20,000 bases of DNA, taken from positions 109,735 to 129,734 of the forward strand of contig JACPUC010000012.1 of NCBI GenBank assembly GCA_016192455.1, given 5' to 3'. The notes under the pieces are model-generated. The model was not told where the DNA came from, did no database searches, and worked only from the letters and a program-made list of their open reading frames with translations. Positions 1 through 8,346 of this stretch are shown in pieces; the stretch's first letter is position 1, and each line of letters starts with the position of its first letter. Origin of the DNA: Candidatus Tectimicrobiota bacterium (GTDB lineage: Bacteria; JACPUC01). The position numbers and the translations under genes were made by a program.

Positions 1-348
1 CGAGTGCGCGGCGGCGAAGGCCCCTGCTTCATCGAAGCCGCCACCATCCGCTGGCCCGGCAACTTCGGCTTGTGGCCGGAGCTGCCGATGGGGCTGACGA
101 ATTTGGCCTGGGTCTGGGGCGCCGGCGAGGGCCCGGCAGCGTACGAGGGCTGGTTCCGCGAGCAGGACCCCCTGCTGCGCTACCTGCGCGAGCTGCAGGC
201 CGCCGGGATCGCCGATCGCGACACCATCTTGGCGTGGGATGAGGCGGTGAGGAAGGAGGTCGACGCGGCAGCGCAGTTCGCCCTCGGCAGTCCCTCACCC
301 GAGCCGGCCGAAGCCCGGCGGCATGTCTTTGTGGAGGCCGGACGATGA
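1..348 (+). CDS. ThDP-dependent dehydrogenase E1 alpha subunit (PdhA/AcoA-like), C-terminal part; 5' end outside window
   Basis: RGGEGPCFIEAATIR...DPL...EVDAAAQFALGSPSPEP..RHVF matches the E1-alpha C-terminus. Its stop overlaps the E1-beta start (ATGA, 345-348). Confidence 0.88.
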   Translation, partial: RVRGGEGPCFIEAATIRWPGNFGLWPELPMGLTNLAWVWGAGEGPAAYEGWFREQDPLLRYLRELQAAGIADRDTILAWDEAVRKEVDAAAQFALGSPSPEPAEARRHVFVEAGR

Positions 349-1322
349 GCGAAATGACTTACGCCGAGGCCAAGGCGGCTGCACTGCGGCAGGTTCTGGA
401 AGAGGATGAGCGCGTCACCCTCATCGGTTCCTCCTTTTTCGGGTTGAGCCCTTTTCGGCGCCTCACCGATAGCCTGCCGGCGGAATACCCGACGCGCGTC
501 TACAAGATTCCCATCGCCGAACTGGGCGCCTGCGGCTGCGGGGTGGGGGCGGCAATGGCGGGGCTGCGTCCCATCGTGGACATCTCCACCGCCAGCTTCA
601 TTTTCGAAGCCTGGCCGCAGGTGGTGAACGAAGCCCCGCACGTGCACTACATGTCCGGCGGCCGCGCCCGGGCGCCGGTGGTCTTCCATGTCCTCCACGG
701 CCTGCGCGGCGGCGGCGCGGCGCAGCACTCGCACAGCCCCCAGTCGATGCTCTGGAACACGCCGGGGCTGGAGATCGTGCTGCCGGCCTCGCCGGCCGAC
801 GTCAAGGGTCTGCTGATCAGCTCCGTGCGCAGCGATAACCCCACGGTCTTCCTGGATCAGCCGGTGCTCTTCGGCATGCGGGGCGAGGTGCCGGAGGGGG
901 ATGCCGCCATTCCCCTCGGCAAGGCCGAGGTCAAACGAGCGGGCAAGGATGTCACGGTGGTGGCCACCTCGGCGGCGGTGCAGCAGTGCCTGAAGATTGC
1001 CGCGGCGTTGGCCGGCGAAGGGATCGACGTCGAGGTCGTGGACCCGCGCACCCTCGTCCCCTTCGACGCGGAGACGATCTACGCCTCGGTCGGCAAGACC
1101 GGGCGGCTCGTCATCGTTGATGAGACGCACCAAAGCTGCGGCGTCGCCAGTGAGATCGCCGCGCGCGTCGCGGAGGAGGCCTTCGACGCCCTGCGCGGGC
1201 CGATCCGGCGGGTCTGCACGGAGGATGTGCCCATCCCCTTCGCGCCGGTGCTGGAGACGGCGATCAGCCCGAACGAGGAGAAGATCATCCGGGCCATCAA
1301 GCTGGCGGTGGGCGCCGCGTAG
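345..1322 (+). CDS. ThDP-dependent dehydrogenase E1 beta subunit (PdhB/AcoB-like)
   Basis: 325 aa. Motifs PIAE (ThDP-activating Glu), GAAMAGLRPIV, AAQHSHS, DNPTVF, EVVDPRTLVPFD and KTGRLVIVDE. RBS GGAGG upstream. Confidence 0.95.
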   Translation: MSEMTYAEAKAAALRQVLEEDERVTLIGSSFFGLSPFRRLTDSLPAEYPTRVYKIPIAELGACGCGVGAAMAGLRPIVDISTASFIFEAWPQVVNEAPHVHYMSGGRARAPVVFHVLHGLRGGGAAQHSHSPQSMLWNTPGLEIVLPASPADVKGLLISSVRSDNPTVFLDQPVLFGMRGEVPEGDAAIPLGKAEVKRAGKDVTVVATSAAVQQCLKIAAALAGEGIDVEVVDPRTLVPFDAETIYASVGKTGRLVIVDETHQSCGVASEIAARVAEEAFDALRGPIRRVCTEDVPIPFAPVLETAISPNEEKIIRAIKLAVGAA

Positions 1323-1578
1323 CAGGCTGGGGAGGTGGCCCGTCGGCTGGGAGAGAGCCTTGCCCACGTGAAGTGGTCGGTGCCGGTCCATTCAGGTGGT
1401 GCATCCAGGCCGAAGCTTCCTGCTACGCTCGCCAGGTTCACGAAGGTTGCTCGAAGCGCACAATGTCAACCTACAAGGCTTGACCCTACGTATGCGCACA
1501 CTGGGGTGACGCTTCGCTGGTTTCGAACACGTAACCGAAGGCGTTGAAGTCCTAGAGGCGATGGAGTAGGAGTCTTCA

Positions 1579-2031
1579 ATGAAGAAAATCAAAGATGTCA
1601 TGACAGACAGGCCCATAGTAATCAATAGCAATGCTACAGTCTTGGAAGCGCTAAAGCTCATGAGCAGCGCTGGCGAGATTCGGCACCTTCCGGTCATGGA
1701 TGGGCAACAACTCGTTGGCATCGTTACGTCACGAGATCTGAAATCCTATGTCGGTCACTGGTCCAGCATGTCTATAGATGGGCTCTTAAAAAAGGAGCGT
1801 CTGGATCGTCCGATCTCGCGCTTGATGACGAGGAATGTAACAACGGTATCGCCCGAGGACTCTGTTGTCAAAGCAACCAAACTTTTTGGCAGTAAAAAGA
1901 TTGGAGCGCTGCCTGTTATTGAAGATGGGAAGCTCGTCGGCATCATCAGCTATGTCGATCTCCTGAATCGTTTCATCGTGCCTTCTATTTTAGAGACACA
2001 AGAGAAGAACCCGGAAACCAAGGAGGGGTGA
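1579..2031 (+). CDS. Tandem CBS-domain protein (AcuB-like CBS pair, no ACT domain)
   Basis: 150 aa with two CBS repeats: IKDVMT..IRHLPVMDGQQLVGIVTSRDL and LMTRNVTTVSPED..IGALPVIEDGKLVGIISYVDL. RBS AGGAG upstream. Much lower GC than the flanks. Confidence 0.92.
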   Translation: MKKIKDVMTDRPIVINSNATVLEALKLMSSAGEIRHLPVMDGQQLVGIVTSRDLKSYVGHWSSMSIDGLLKKERLDRPISRLMTRNVTTVSPEDSVVKATKLFGSKKIGALPVIEDGKLVGIISYVDLLNRFIVPSILETQEKNPETKEG

Positions 2032-2471
2032 TGCGCGCGTTCAGTAAGAGGAAGTTGAGCTGGGCGATTATTGTGATGGTTTGGAGAATGAAAAGGAGTC
2101 AAATCTTCTCTTAGTTGGGCAGCAACCCGTTCTCTCACACTGACACGTAGCTTCTTTGTCAGCCCCTATTTTGATCGCATCGGATCGCACCCTCTTCTCC
2201 CACTCCAGAGATTCAAACGCCAAAGCACGCAGCAGTTACTCGCACGGTCAGGTCGTAGAAACGCTGCTCGAAAAGCATCGTGACCTTCCTCGGCGCATTT
2301 CCTGGAAATTGAATGCAAAGCGGGCAAGCCCGAAGGGCGCCAAAAGGCGCCCGGGGAGAACTTCGTGTCACTATCGAGACTGAGATTAAGACCCAGCCTT
2401 CGCAGCCGTTTGGGCCAGAGGAACTTCTTCAAAGTTTCAGTTTCCAGTTGCCTATGGCGTAATGGGACAAC

Positions 2472-3761
2472 TCATGAACCGCGTGCTGCCGCGGCAGCGG
2501 TGGCGGCGGCCGCCACCGGGAGGATGGGGCTGACGGTGAAGCGCAGGGCGCGGTGGGCTTGGCGCAGAGCCTGCTCGACCTGCTGCGGCGAGTCGCCGCG
2601 GGCGAAGATGAAGCCGAGGTAGCTCCCCCCCTCCGGCAGCGGCAGGAGCGCCTGCGAGCTCTTCGCGGTGATGGTCACCTCGTCAATGCCGTCGACGGCG
2701 CGGGCGGCCTCAATCCCCTCCACCCGCTCGTAGATGCCGGGCCGTTCAATCGGCAGCATCATCACCCCGACGGCCCGATCCTCCCGCCGCGGCTCGATCT
2801 CCAGGCCGAGGGCGTGGCGGATGATGAGCTCCTCCAACGACATGCCGGTGCCGAAGCGCAGGGTGCGCGAGCAGAGTCCACCGATGGCGCGCGCGGCGAT
2901 CTCGAGGATGCGCGGCCCCTGCGGCGTCAGGCGCAGCTCGGCGTGAATCGGTCCGCGCACGAGCCCCAGGGCGCGGCAGGCGCGGTCGACCTCCTTGACC
3001 ATGGCGGCCTGCGTGGCCGCGTCTTCGCGTGACGGCGTGACGAAGAGCGTCTCCTCGAAGAACGGCCCCTCGAGCGGGTCGGGCTTGTCGAAGATCGCCA
3101 GGACGCGCAGCACGCCGTTGTCCAGCAACCCCTCCAGCGTCGCCTCGCGCCCCTCAAGGTAGCCCTCGACGAGAATCCAGTCGTCCGCCTCATCGCGCCG
3201 CACGCGCACCTCCGCGGTCCGCAGGAGCGCCGCAACGCGGCGGAAGGCGACGACGAACTCCGCCGGCCCGCCGGCCCGCACCACCCCGCGGCTGGCGGAG
3301 AGCGCCAACGGCTTCAGCACGCAGGGGTAGGCCACCTGGCGCGCGGCGTCCGCCGCATCGGCGTCCAGGGGGAAGCGCGCGAACGGCGGCACGCTCACGC
3401 CCGCGGCGCGCAGGAGCCGGCGCGCCAGGTACTTGTTGCGGCAGGCCGCGGCCGCGGTACTCGGGTTGTGGGGCAAGCCGAGCCGGGCGCTGGCCAGCGC
3501 CGCCGTGCGCACCGGCAGGTCGCCCACCGCCACGATGCCGTGGATGGGATGCTCGCGGGCGTACCGTTCGATGACGCGCGCCGCCGTCCGCGGTTGGTTG
3601 AACCGCAGCGCCAGGGCGCCATCGTGCCAGGGGTCGTCGAGGGAGTGGCAATGATCGGTGCCGAGGGTCACCGCCACGCCGAGCCGCTGGGCGGCGGCGG
3701 CGAAGTCGCGTCCCTCGTACCCCGTCGTGGCGAAGAGGAGGAGGAGCCGTTTCTCATCCAT
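2472..3761 (-). CDS. ATP-grasp domain protein, L-amino-acid-ligase-like
   Basis: Motifs CRNKY..R, YPCVLKPLALSASRGV, ILVEGYLEGRE, HAELRL, LEIAAR and a C-terminal LAL-type domain (VEGIEAARAVDGI...YLGFIFARG). Start placed at MDEKRLLLL (3761); in-frame upstream starts exist up to 3830. Confidence 0.88.
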   Translation of the reverse strand: MDEKRLLLLFATTGYEGRDFAAAAQRLGVAVTLGTDHCHSLDDPWHDGALALRFNQPRTAARVIERYAREHPIHGIVAVGDLPVRTAALASARLGLPHNPSTAAAACRNKYLARRLLRAAGVSVPPFARFPLDADAADAARQVAYPCVLKPLALSASRGVVRAGGPAEFVVAFRRVAALLRTAEVRVRRDEADDWILVEGYLEGREATLEGLLDNGVLRVLAIFDKPDPLEGPFFEETLFVTPSREDAATQAAMVKEVDRACRALGLVRGPIHAELRLTPQGPRILEIAARAIGGLCSRTLRFGTGMSLEELIIRHALGLEIEPRREDRAVGVMMLPIERPGIYERVEGIEAARAVDGIDEVTITAKSSQALLPLPEGGSYLGFIFARGDSPQQVEQALRQAHRALRFTVSPILPVAAAATAAAAARGS

Positions 3762-3884
3762 GGCGCCGATCTTCCCGCGGGAACGTGAGGTCATCCTGAT
3801 TGAGCCGGCAGCCATGCTACCCCGGCGCACCTAGGCCTCGGGCGTACCCGATCATCCCTCTGCTGCCAGTCGATCTCTACGCGG

Positions 3885-5300
3885 TTACAGGAGAGCTACC
3901 TGCTCTTCGGTCGGTTCAGCTCAGCAGTACCAGGGCTCGTTCAGGAAGGGGATGCCCTGCCTCAGCGTGCCGCGCATCGCCAGCGACGGCGGCGTCCGCC
4001 CCGCCGCCTCGTGGGCCGCCTGCCAGAGCTGCGCAAAGAGCCGCCGCCGCGTCAGGCCCTGCTGCTCCCCCTCCTTGACGAGCGCCTGCAGGGTCCAGCA
4101 GAGCGTATCCAGGCGGGGATCGCTGTGCGACCAGGGGTAGGAGAGGGAGTCGGGAGCAAAGTCGCCGACCAGGCGCTGCACCTCCTGCAGCTCCAACAGC
4201 CGCGACCCGGCAGGGAGGAGGAGACGCATGGCGAGCTGGATGGGCGCCACGTTCTCGACCAGGTCGAGCTCGACGAGCACCCGCAGGAGCTCCAGGTAGG
4301 TCTCGAAGGTCGTCCAGGGCGAGAAGGGAACGAAGGTCGGCGCCAGCGTCACCCCCGCCTCGCGGCAGCGCGCCGCCACGCGGTGGAAATCGTCGCGCGT
4401 ATGCCCCTTGTCGAGGAGGCGGAGGAAACGATCATCGACCGACTCGACGGCGCTGGTCACGAAAGCGCAGCCGGTGCGGCGCAGCGTTTCGAGGTGCTCC
4501 GCATGCCGCAGCAGGTGCTGCACCTTGATCGTCACATCGTAGGTGAGGGCGGGGAACTCGTCGTGCAGCGCTTCCACCAGGGCCAGCGCGTGCCGCACGC
4601 CGTTGAAGAAGTCGGGATCGCCGAAAGTGAGGTGCCGCGCCCCCGCCGCCACCTGCTGCCGGATGTCGGCCAGGACCACCTGGCGCTGCACGATGCGGAA
4701 CTGTCCGTTGTAGACGGGCACGATGGGGCAATGCCGGCAGCGGTGCTTGCAGCCGCGGCTCGCCTCGGTGTAGCCGGCGAGGCGCGTCTCGCCATCGGGG
4801 AGGAGGAGCTGGGCGTAGCGATGCAGGGGGGGCAGCCCACGGCGCTCGGGCACCTTGAAGGGGAGCTTGTCGAGGGAGATGACCGGCTCGCCCTGCGATT
4901 GGTCGCGGCGCGCGGCGCCCGGGGAGGCGCCGGCGAGACGCAGGCGCTCCACCATGCGCACCAGGCCGGGTTCGAACTCGCCGCCCAGGATGGTCTGCGC
5001 CCCGAGCCGCCTGAGGTACGCCTCGTTCATCGGCGCGTAGAGTCCGTAGAAGCAGAGGTGCGCGCGGGGATTGAGTTGCCTCACCCTGTCGAGCAGGCGC
5101 GCCGCCAGCTTGGTGGCGGTGTGCATCGGCACGTAGAAGGCCACCGCATCGGCACAACTCACCTCGTCCTCGCGCAGCGGCTCCTTCGCCAAGTCCTGGC
5201 AGGAGACGGCGACGCCCGCCTGCGTCAGCCACGCCGCGGGCGAGGCGAGGCCGAAGGGCTGGCGGCCGAGGTCGTAGGTGGAGATGAGGACAACCCGCAT
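3885..5300 (-). CDS. CUAEP/CCAEP-tail radical SAM selenoprotein (471 aa if the UGA at 3921-3923 is read as Sec)
   Basis: CxxxCxxC motif (SRGCKHRCRHCP), N-terminal B12-binding-like domain, TFGDPDF. The 3' end reads TGG TAC TGC TGA GCT GAA CCG ACC GAA GAG CAG GTA GCT CTC CTG TAA = WYC-U-AEPTEEQVALL*. Confidence 0.9.
3892..3906 (-). promoter_or_regulatory. Putative bacterial SECIS hairpin
   Basis: Minus strand AGAGC-AGGUA-GCUCU: a 5-bp stem with a G-containing loop that begins 20 nt after the in-frame UGA. Confidence 0.65.
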
Positions 5301-5372
5301 GGGATCGGACGTTTCTGAACGGCGCTCGGGTGAGCCTAATGAGGGATGGGAGGCCGGCCTCGCGGCGCCGGC

Positions 5373-5678
5373 TTACATCTTGCCTTGCGGCGGCACATAG
5401 CCCGGCGGCAACGCGGCATCCTCGCCAAAGAAGAACTCTTCCATCTGAGAGAGGATGAGCTCGTCCGATTCAGGCTCCGACGGCGTGAGCCGATACTCAT
5501 TGATGACCATGATGAGGAACTCCTTCCACATCTCCCACGCCCGCTGCGAGACGTTCTCGTAGATGCGCGCGGCCAGCTCTTCCGGAGCCATCAGCTTGAC
5601 GATCTCGTAGGTCGTCTCATCAATGCCGGGGAGCTCTTCTGACAGCTTGATGCACTTCACCATGCGCGGCTCGGCCAT
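5373..5678 (-). CDS. yggX: Fe(II)-trafficking / oxidative damage protection protein YggX
   Basis: RMVKCIKL...RIYENVSQRAW..W....MVINEYRL...QMEEFFFG......GYVPP is the YggX signature. RBS AAGGAG lies before ATG 5678. 101 aa. Confidence 0.9.
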   Translation of the reverse strand: MAEPRMVKCIKLSEELPGIDETTYEIVKLMAPEELAARIYENVSQRAWEMWKEFLIMVINEYRLTPSEPESDELILSQMEEFFFGEDAALPPGYVPPQGKM

Positions 5679-5744
5679 ACCGTGTCTCCTTGTGGCGAAA
5701 CCCTTGCGCCAACGACCATGCGAAGGCGGCCCATCCTGAGCTTC

Positions 5745-5772
5745 AGTATAGTACACGAGCGGGGGGGAACAA
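5745..5772 (-). promoter_or_regulatory. Putative sigma70 promoter upstream of yggX
   Basis: Minus strand TTGTTC-16 nt-TATACT, about 67 nt upstream of the yggX start. Confidence 0.45.
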
Positions 5773-5810
5773 GCGCTTCTGCCGCCGCGATGTCGCGCCG
5801 CCCCGCCCCC

Positions 5811-6671
5811 TCAGCGGAAGAGCGTCACCAGGCTGGCGCCCAGCACGATCAGGCAGGTGGCGGCGACCACCCGCGTCGTGATGAACTCGCTGTCGCGCAG
5901 CAGCAGGAGGCTGAGGACCATCGAGAAGAGCGGCGCGGTGTTCATGAGGGTGGTCACCACGATGATGTTGCCGAGCTGCAAGGACTTGAAATTGGCGTAG
6001 ACCGCGACCAGGGAGAAGACGCCGGCGCCGCTGAAATGCAGGAGACTCCGCCTGTCGCCGACGAGACCGCGGCCGTGGCTGCGCAGCAGGGAGACGCCGA
6101 CGAGGCAGAGCATGCCGCTCGTGATGGTGATCGCCGCGCCGGCCATGGCATGCGGGTAGAGCTGCAGGCCAAGCTGGCGGAGATTGACCGACACGCCGAA
6201 GGTCAGGGCCGAGAGAATCGGGAAGAGGAAGGCCGCCCGTTGCCTCCGGCCTTCCTCGCGTGGCGCCGTGAGCAGCGCCACGCCACCCACGCAGACGAGG
6301 GTCCCGAGCACCAGCGGCAGCCGCGCCGGCTCGCCGAACGCCGCGATGGCGACCAGCATGGTCACGATCGGCATGGTGGCGATCACCGGGTGGGCGCGCG
6401 TGACGCCCAGCCGGGCGATGCCAAGGAAGCCGAAGTACCTCCCCAGCGCCGGCGAGAGCAACCCGGCGAGGATGAAGATGACGAGGGCCTTGGCGGGGAT
6501 GCTGTCGATCCCACCCGTCCCCAGGAGGATCGACCAGTAGACGAGAATGTTCACGAAGGTGGAGATGACCGTTGCGGAGATCGGTGAGGCGGTGCGCATG
6601 CCCCACTTGGCGAAGATGTTGCTGGCGCCGAACCCGAAGGCGCTGAGCAGGGCGAAGGCCACCGCGAGCAT
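5811..6671 (-). CDS. DMT/EamA family transporter
   Basis: About 286 aa of repeated hydrophobic segments in two EamA halves (ALLSAFGFGASNIFAK...GIARLGVTRAHPV..TMP; ..LQLGNIIVVTTLMNTAPLF). Start moved to ATG 6671, which has GAGG upstream. Confidence 0.9.
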   Translation of the reverse strand: MLAVAFALLSAFGFGASNIFAKWGMRTASPISATVISTFVNILVYWSILLGTGGIDSIPAKALVIFILAGLLSPALGRYFGFLGIARLGVTRAHPVIATMPIVTMLVAIAAFGEPARLPLVLGTLVCVGGVALLTAPREEGRRQRAAFLFPILSALTFGVSVNLRQLGLQLYPHAMAGAAITITSGMLCLVGVSLLRSHGRGLVGDRRSLLHFSGAGVFSLVAVYANFKSLQLGNIIVVTTLMNTAPLFSMVLSLLLLRDSEFITTRVVAATCLIVLGASLVTLFR

Positions 6672-6892
6672 GGTTGCCTCGACAGCGGAGAGCAGGGTGC
6701 GGCGCCGAGCGAGGCCGCGGAGGCGCCCGCGCGGCCGCCGGGCAGGCGAGCGCCGGTGGACCGCCGCGAAGTTTCGCGCCATACTTCCGGCCGGCGTTGC
6801 CGGCGACGGCCCCTGAAGGGGATCGGGGCGCCCCCCACCGGGCCGGGCAGCTCCGCAGGCCCGCCCGCCGCCCTCGGCCGCGAGGAGGTACG

Positions 6893-8284
6893 ATGACCGT
6901 CGATCTCGCCATTGTCAATGGTACGGTGGTCACACCCGCCGGCCCTCAGCCGCTCACGGTCGCGGTGCGCCAGGAACGTATCGTTGCCCTCAGCGATCGG
7001 GCGCATTGCCCCGCGGCGCGCGAGATCCTCGACGCGAGCGATCTGCACGTGCTTCCCGGGCTGGTGGAGGGGCACGTCCACTTCCGTGAACCGGGCCTGA
7101 CTCAGAAGGAGGACTTCGGCAGCGGCTCGGCGGCCGCGGTCTGCGGCGGGGTGACGACGGTGATCGACATGCCGAACACCGTGCCGCCCACCGCCGACGC
7201 GCAGAGCCTGCGGCAAAAGCAAGCCCTGGCGGAGGCCAAGTCGTTGGTTGATTTCGGGCTGCTGGGGGTCATCCTGCCGAACAACCTGCGGCAGCTCCGC
7301 GGCCTGGTGGAGGCCGGCGCCCTGGGGTTGAAGGTCTTCATGGGGATGACGGTGGGCAATCTGCCGGCGCCCGAGGACGGCGACATCCTCGAGGCCTGGA
7401 GGCTGGCCGCAGAGCTGGGAATTCCGGTGGCGGTGCACGCCGAGAGCAGCGTCCTTGTGCACCACTGCACCGAACGGCTGCGCGCCGGCGGCCGCAGCGA
7501 CGCCCTGGCGCACTATGAAGCCCGCCCCGAGATCGCCGAAGAGGAGGCGATCCAGCGCGCCATCCTCCTGGCGGCGGCGGCGGGCGCGCGCCTGCACGTC
7601 CTGCACGTCAGCACGGCCCAGGGGGCGGCGCTGGTGGGGGCGGCGAAACGCCGCGGCGGCGCGGTGAGCGCCGAGACGACGCCGCACTACCTGCTCTTGC
7701 AGAGCGCCGACGCCGCGCGCCTCGGCAACACCATGAAGATCAACCCGCCGGTGCGCGCCGCCGGCCACGCGGAGCAGCTCTGGCAGGCCCTGCGGGGCGG
7801 CGCGATTGACAGCATCGCCACCGACCACGCTCCCCACCTGCCGGAAGAGAAGCGCCGGCGGAACGTCTGGGAGGCCCCGTCGGGGTTCCCCGGCGTGGAG
7901 ACAGCCCTCCCCCTCATGCTCACCCAGGTGAACGCCGGGCGCATGCGCCTCGAGGAGTACGTGCGCTGGCACTGCGAGAACCCGGCGCGCATCTGGGGAC
8001 TCTACCCCCGCAAAGGGGTGATCCAGGTCGGCAGCGACGCCGACCTGACCCTCGTCGATCTCTCCCGCCGCGACGTCATCAGGGCGGCGAACCTGCACAG
8101 CAAGAGCAAGGTAACGCCCTATGAGGGGTGGGAGGTGCAAGGCGTGCCGGTCTGCACCCTGGTGCGGGGCCAGATCGTCATGCGGGAGGGACAGCTCGTG
8201 GGCAGGCCGCGGGGACGGATGCTCTGGCCAAGCCGCGAGGCAAGGGCGGGCAGGGCCTCTGATGACGCCGCGCGACTCGCATGA
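6893..8284 (+). CDS. Cyclic amidohydrolase, allantoinase (AllB) / type I dihydroorotase family
   Basis: Motifs PGLVEGHVHFREPG, GGVTTVIDMPNT, KVFM, HAE, LHVS, ETTPHYL, KINPPVR, ATDHAPH and APSGFPGVE. RBS GAGGAGG before ATG 6893. Confidence 0.92.
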   Translation: MTVDLAIVNGTVVTPAGPQPLTVAVRQERIVALSDRAHCPAAREILDASDLHVLPGLVEGHVHFREPGLTQKEDFGSGSAAAVCGGVTTVIDMPNTVPPTADAQSLRQKQALAEAKSLVDFGLLGVILPNNLRQLRGLVEAGALGLKVFMGMTVGNLPAPEDGDILEAWRLAAELGIPVAVHAESSVLVHHCTERLRAGGRSDALAHYEARPEIAEEEAIQRAILLAAAAGARLHVLHVSTAQGAALVGAAKRRGGAVSAETTPHYLLLQSADAARLGNTMKINPPVRAAGHAEQLWQALRGGAIDSIATDHAPHLPEEKRRRNVWEAPSGFPGVETALPLMLTQVNAGRMRLEEYVRWHCENPARIWGLYPRKGVIQVGSDADLTLVDLSRRDVIRAANLHSKSKVTPYEGWEVQGVPVCTLVRGQIVMREGQLVGRPRGRMLWPSREARAGRASDDAARLA

Positions 8285-8346
8285 ATGTCGCAGCGCTGCC
8301 GTCGACCGGAGGGATTCCGCCGGCAGCGGCGCCTCGCGCGACTGCC

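Noticed and set aside
1465-1484. Inverted repeat GTCAA-N10-TTGAC upstream of the CBS gene
   Set aside because: Orientation and spacing do not fit FNR/CRP sites, and it is too short to assign.
2029-2058. CBS gene stop is TGA followed by TGC (a possible U-C selenocysteine motif)
   Set aside because: The CBS pair is already complete, I saw no SECIS-like hairpin, and the extension is short and featureless.
2321-2352. Hairpins CGGGC-AA-GCCCG and GGGCGCC-AAAA-GGCGCCC between convergent genes
   Set aside because: No clear U-tract for an intrinsic terminator and no adequate match to a riboswitch consensus such as c-di-GMP-I.
2166-2474. ATP-grasp TGA is in frame with the downstream 88-aa ORF 2166..2432 (possible readthrough)
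   Set aside because: The domain is complete before the stop and the downstream sequence is low-GC with no protein-like features. Probably chance.
4011-5318. 435-aa plus-strand ORF
   Set aside because: Antisense shadow of the radical SAM gene.
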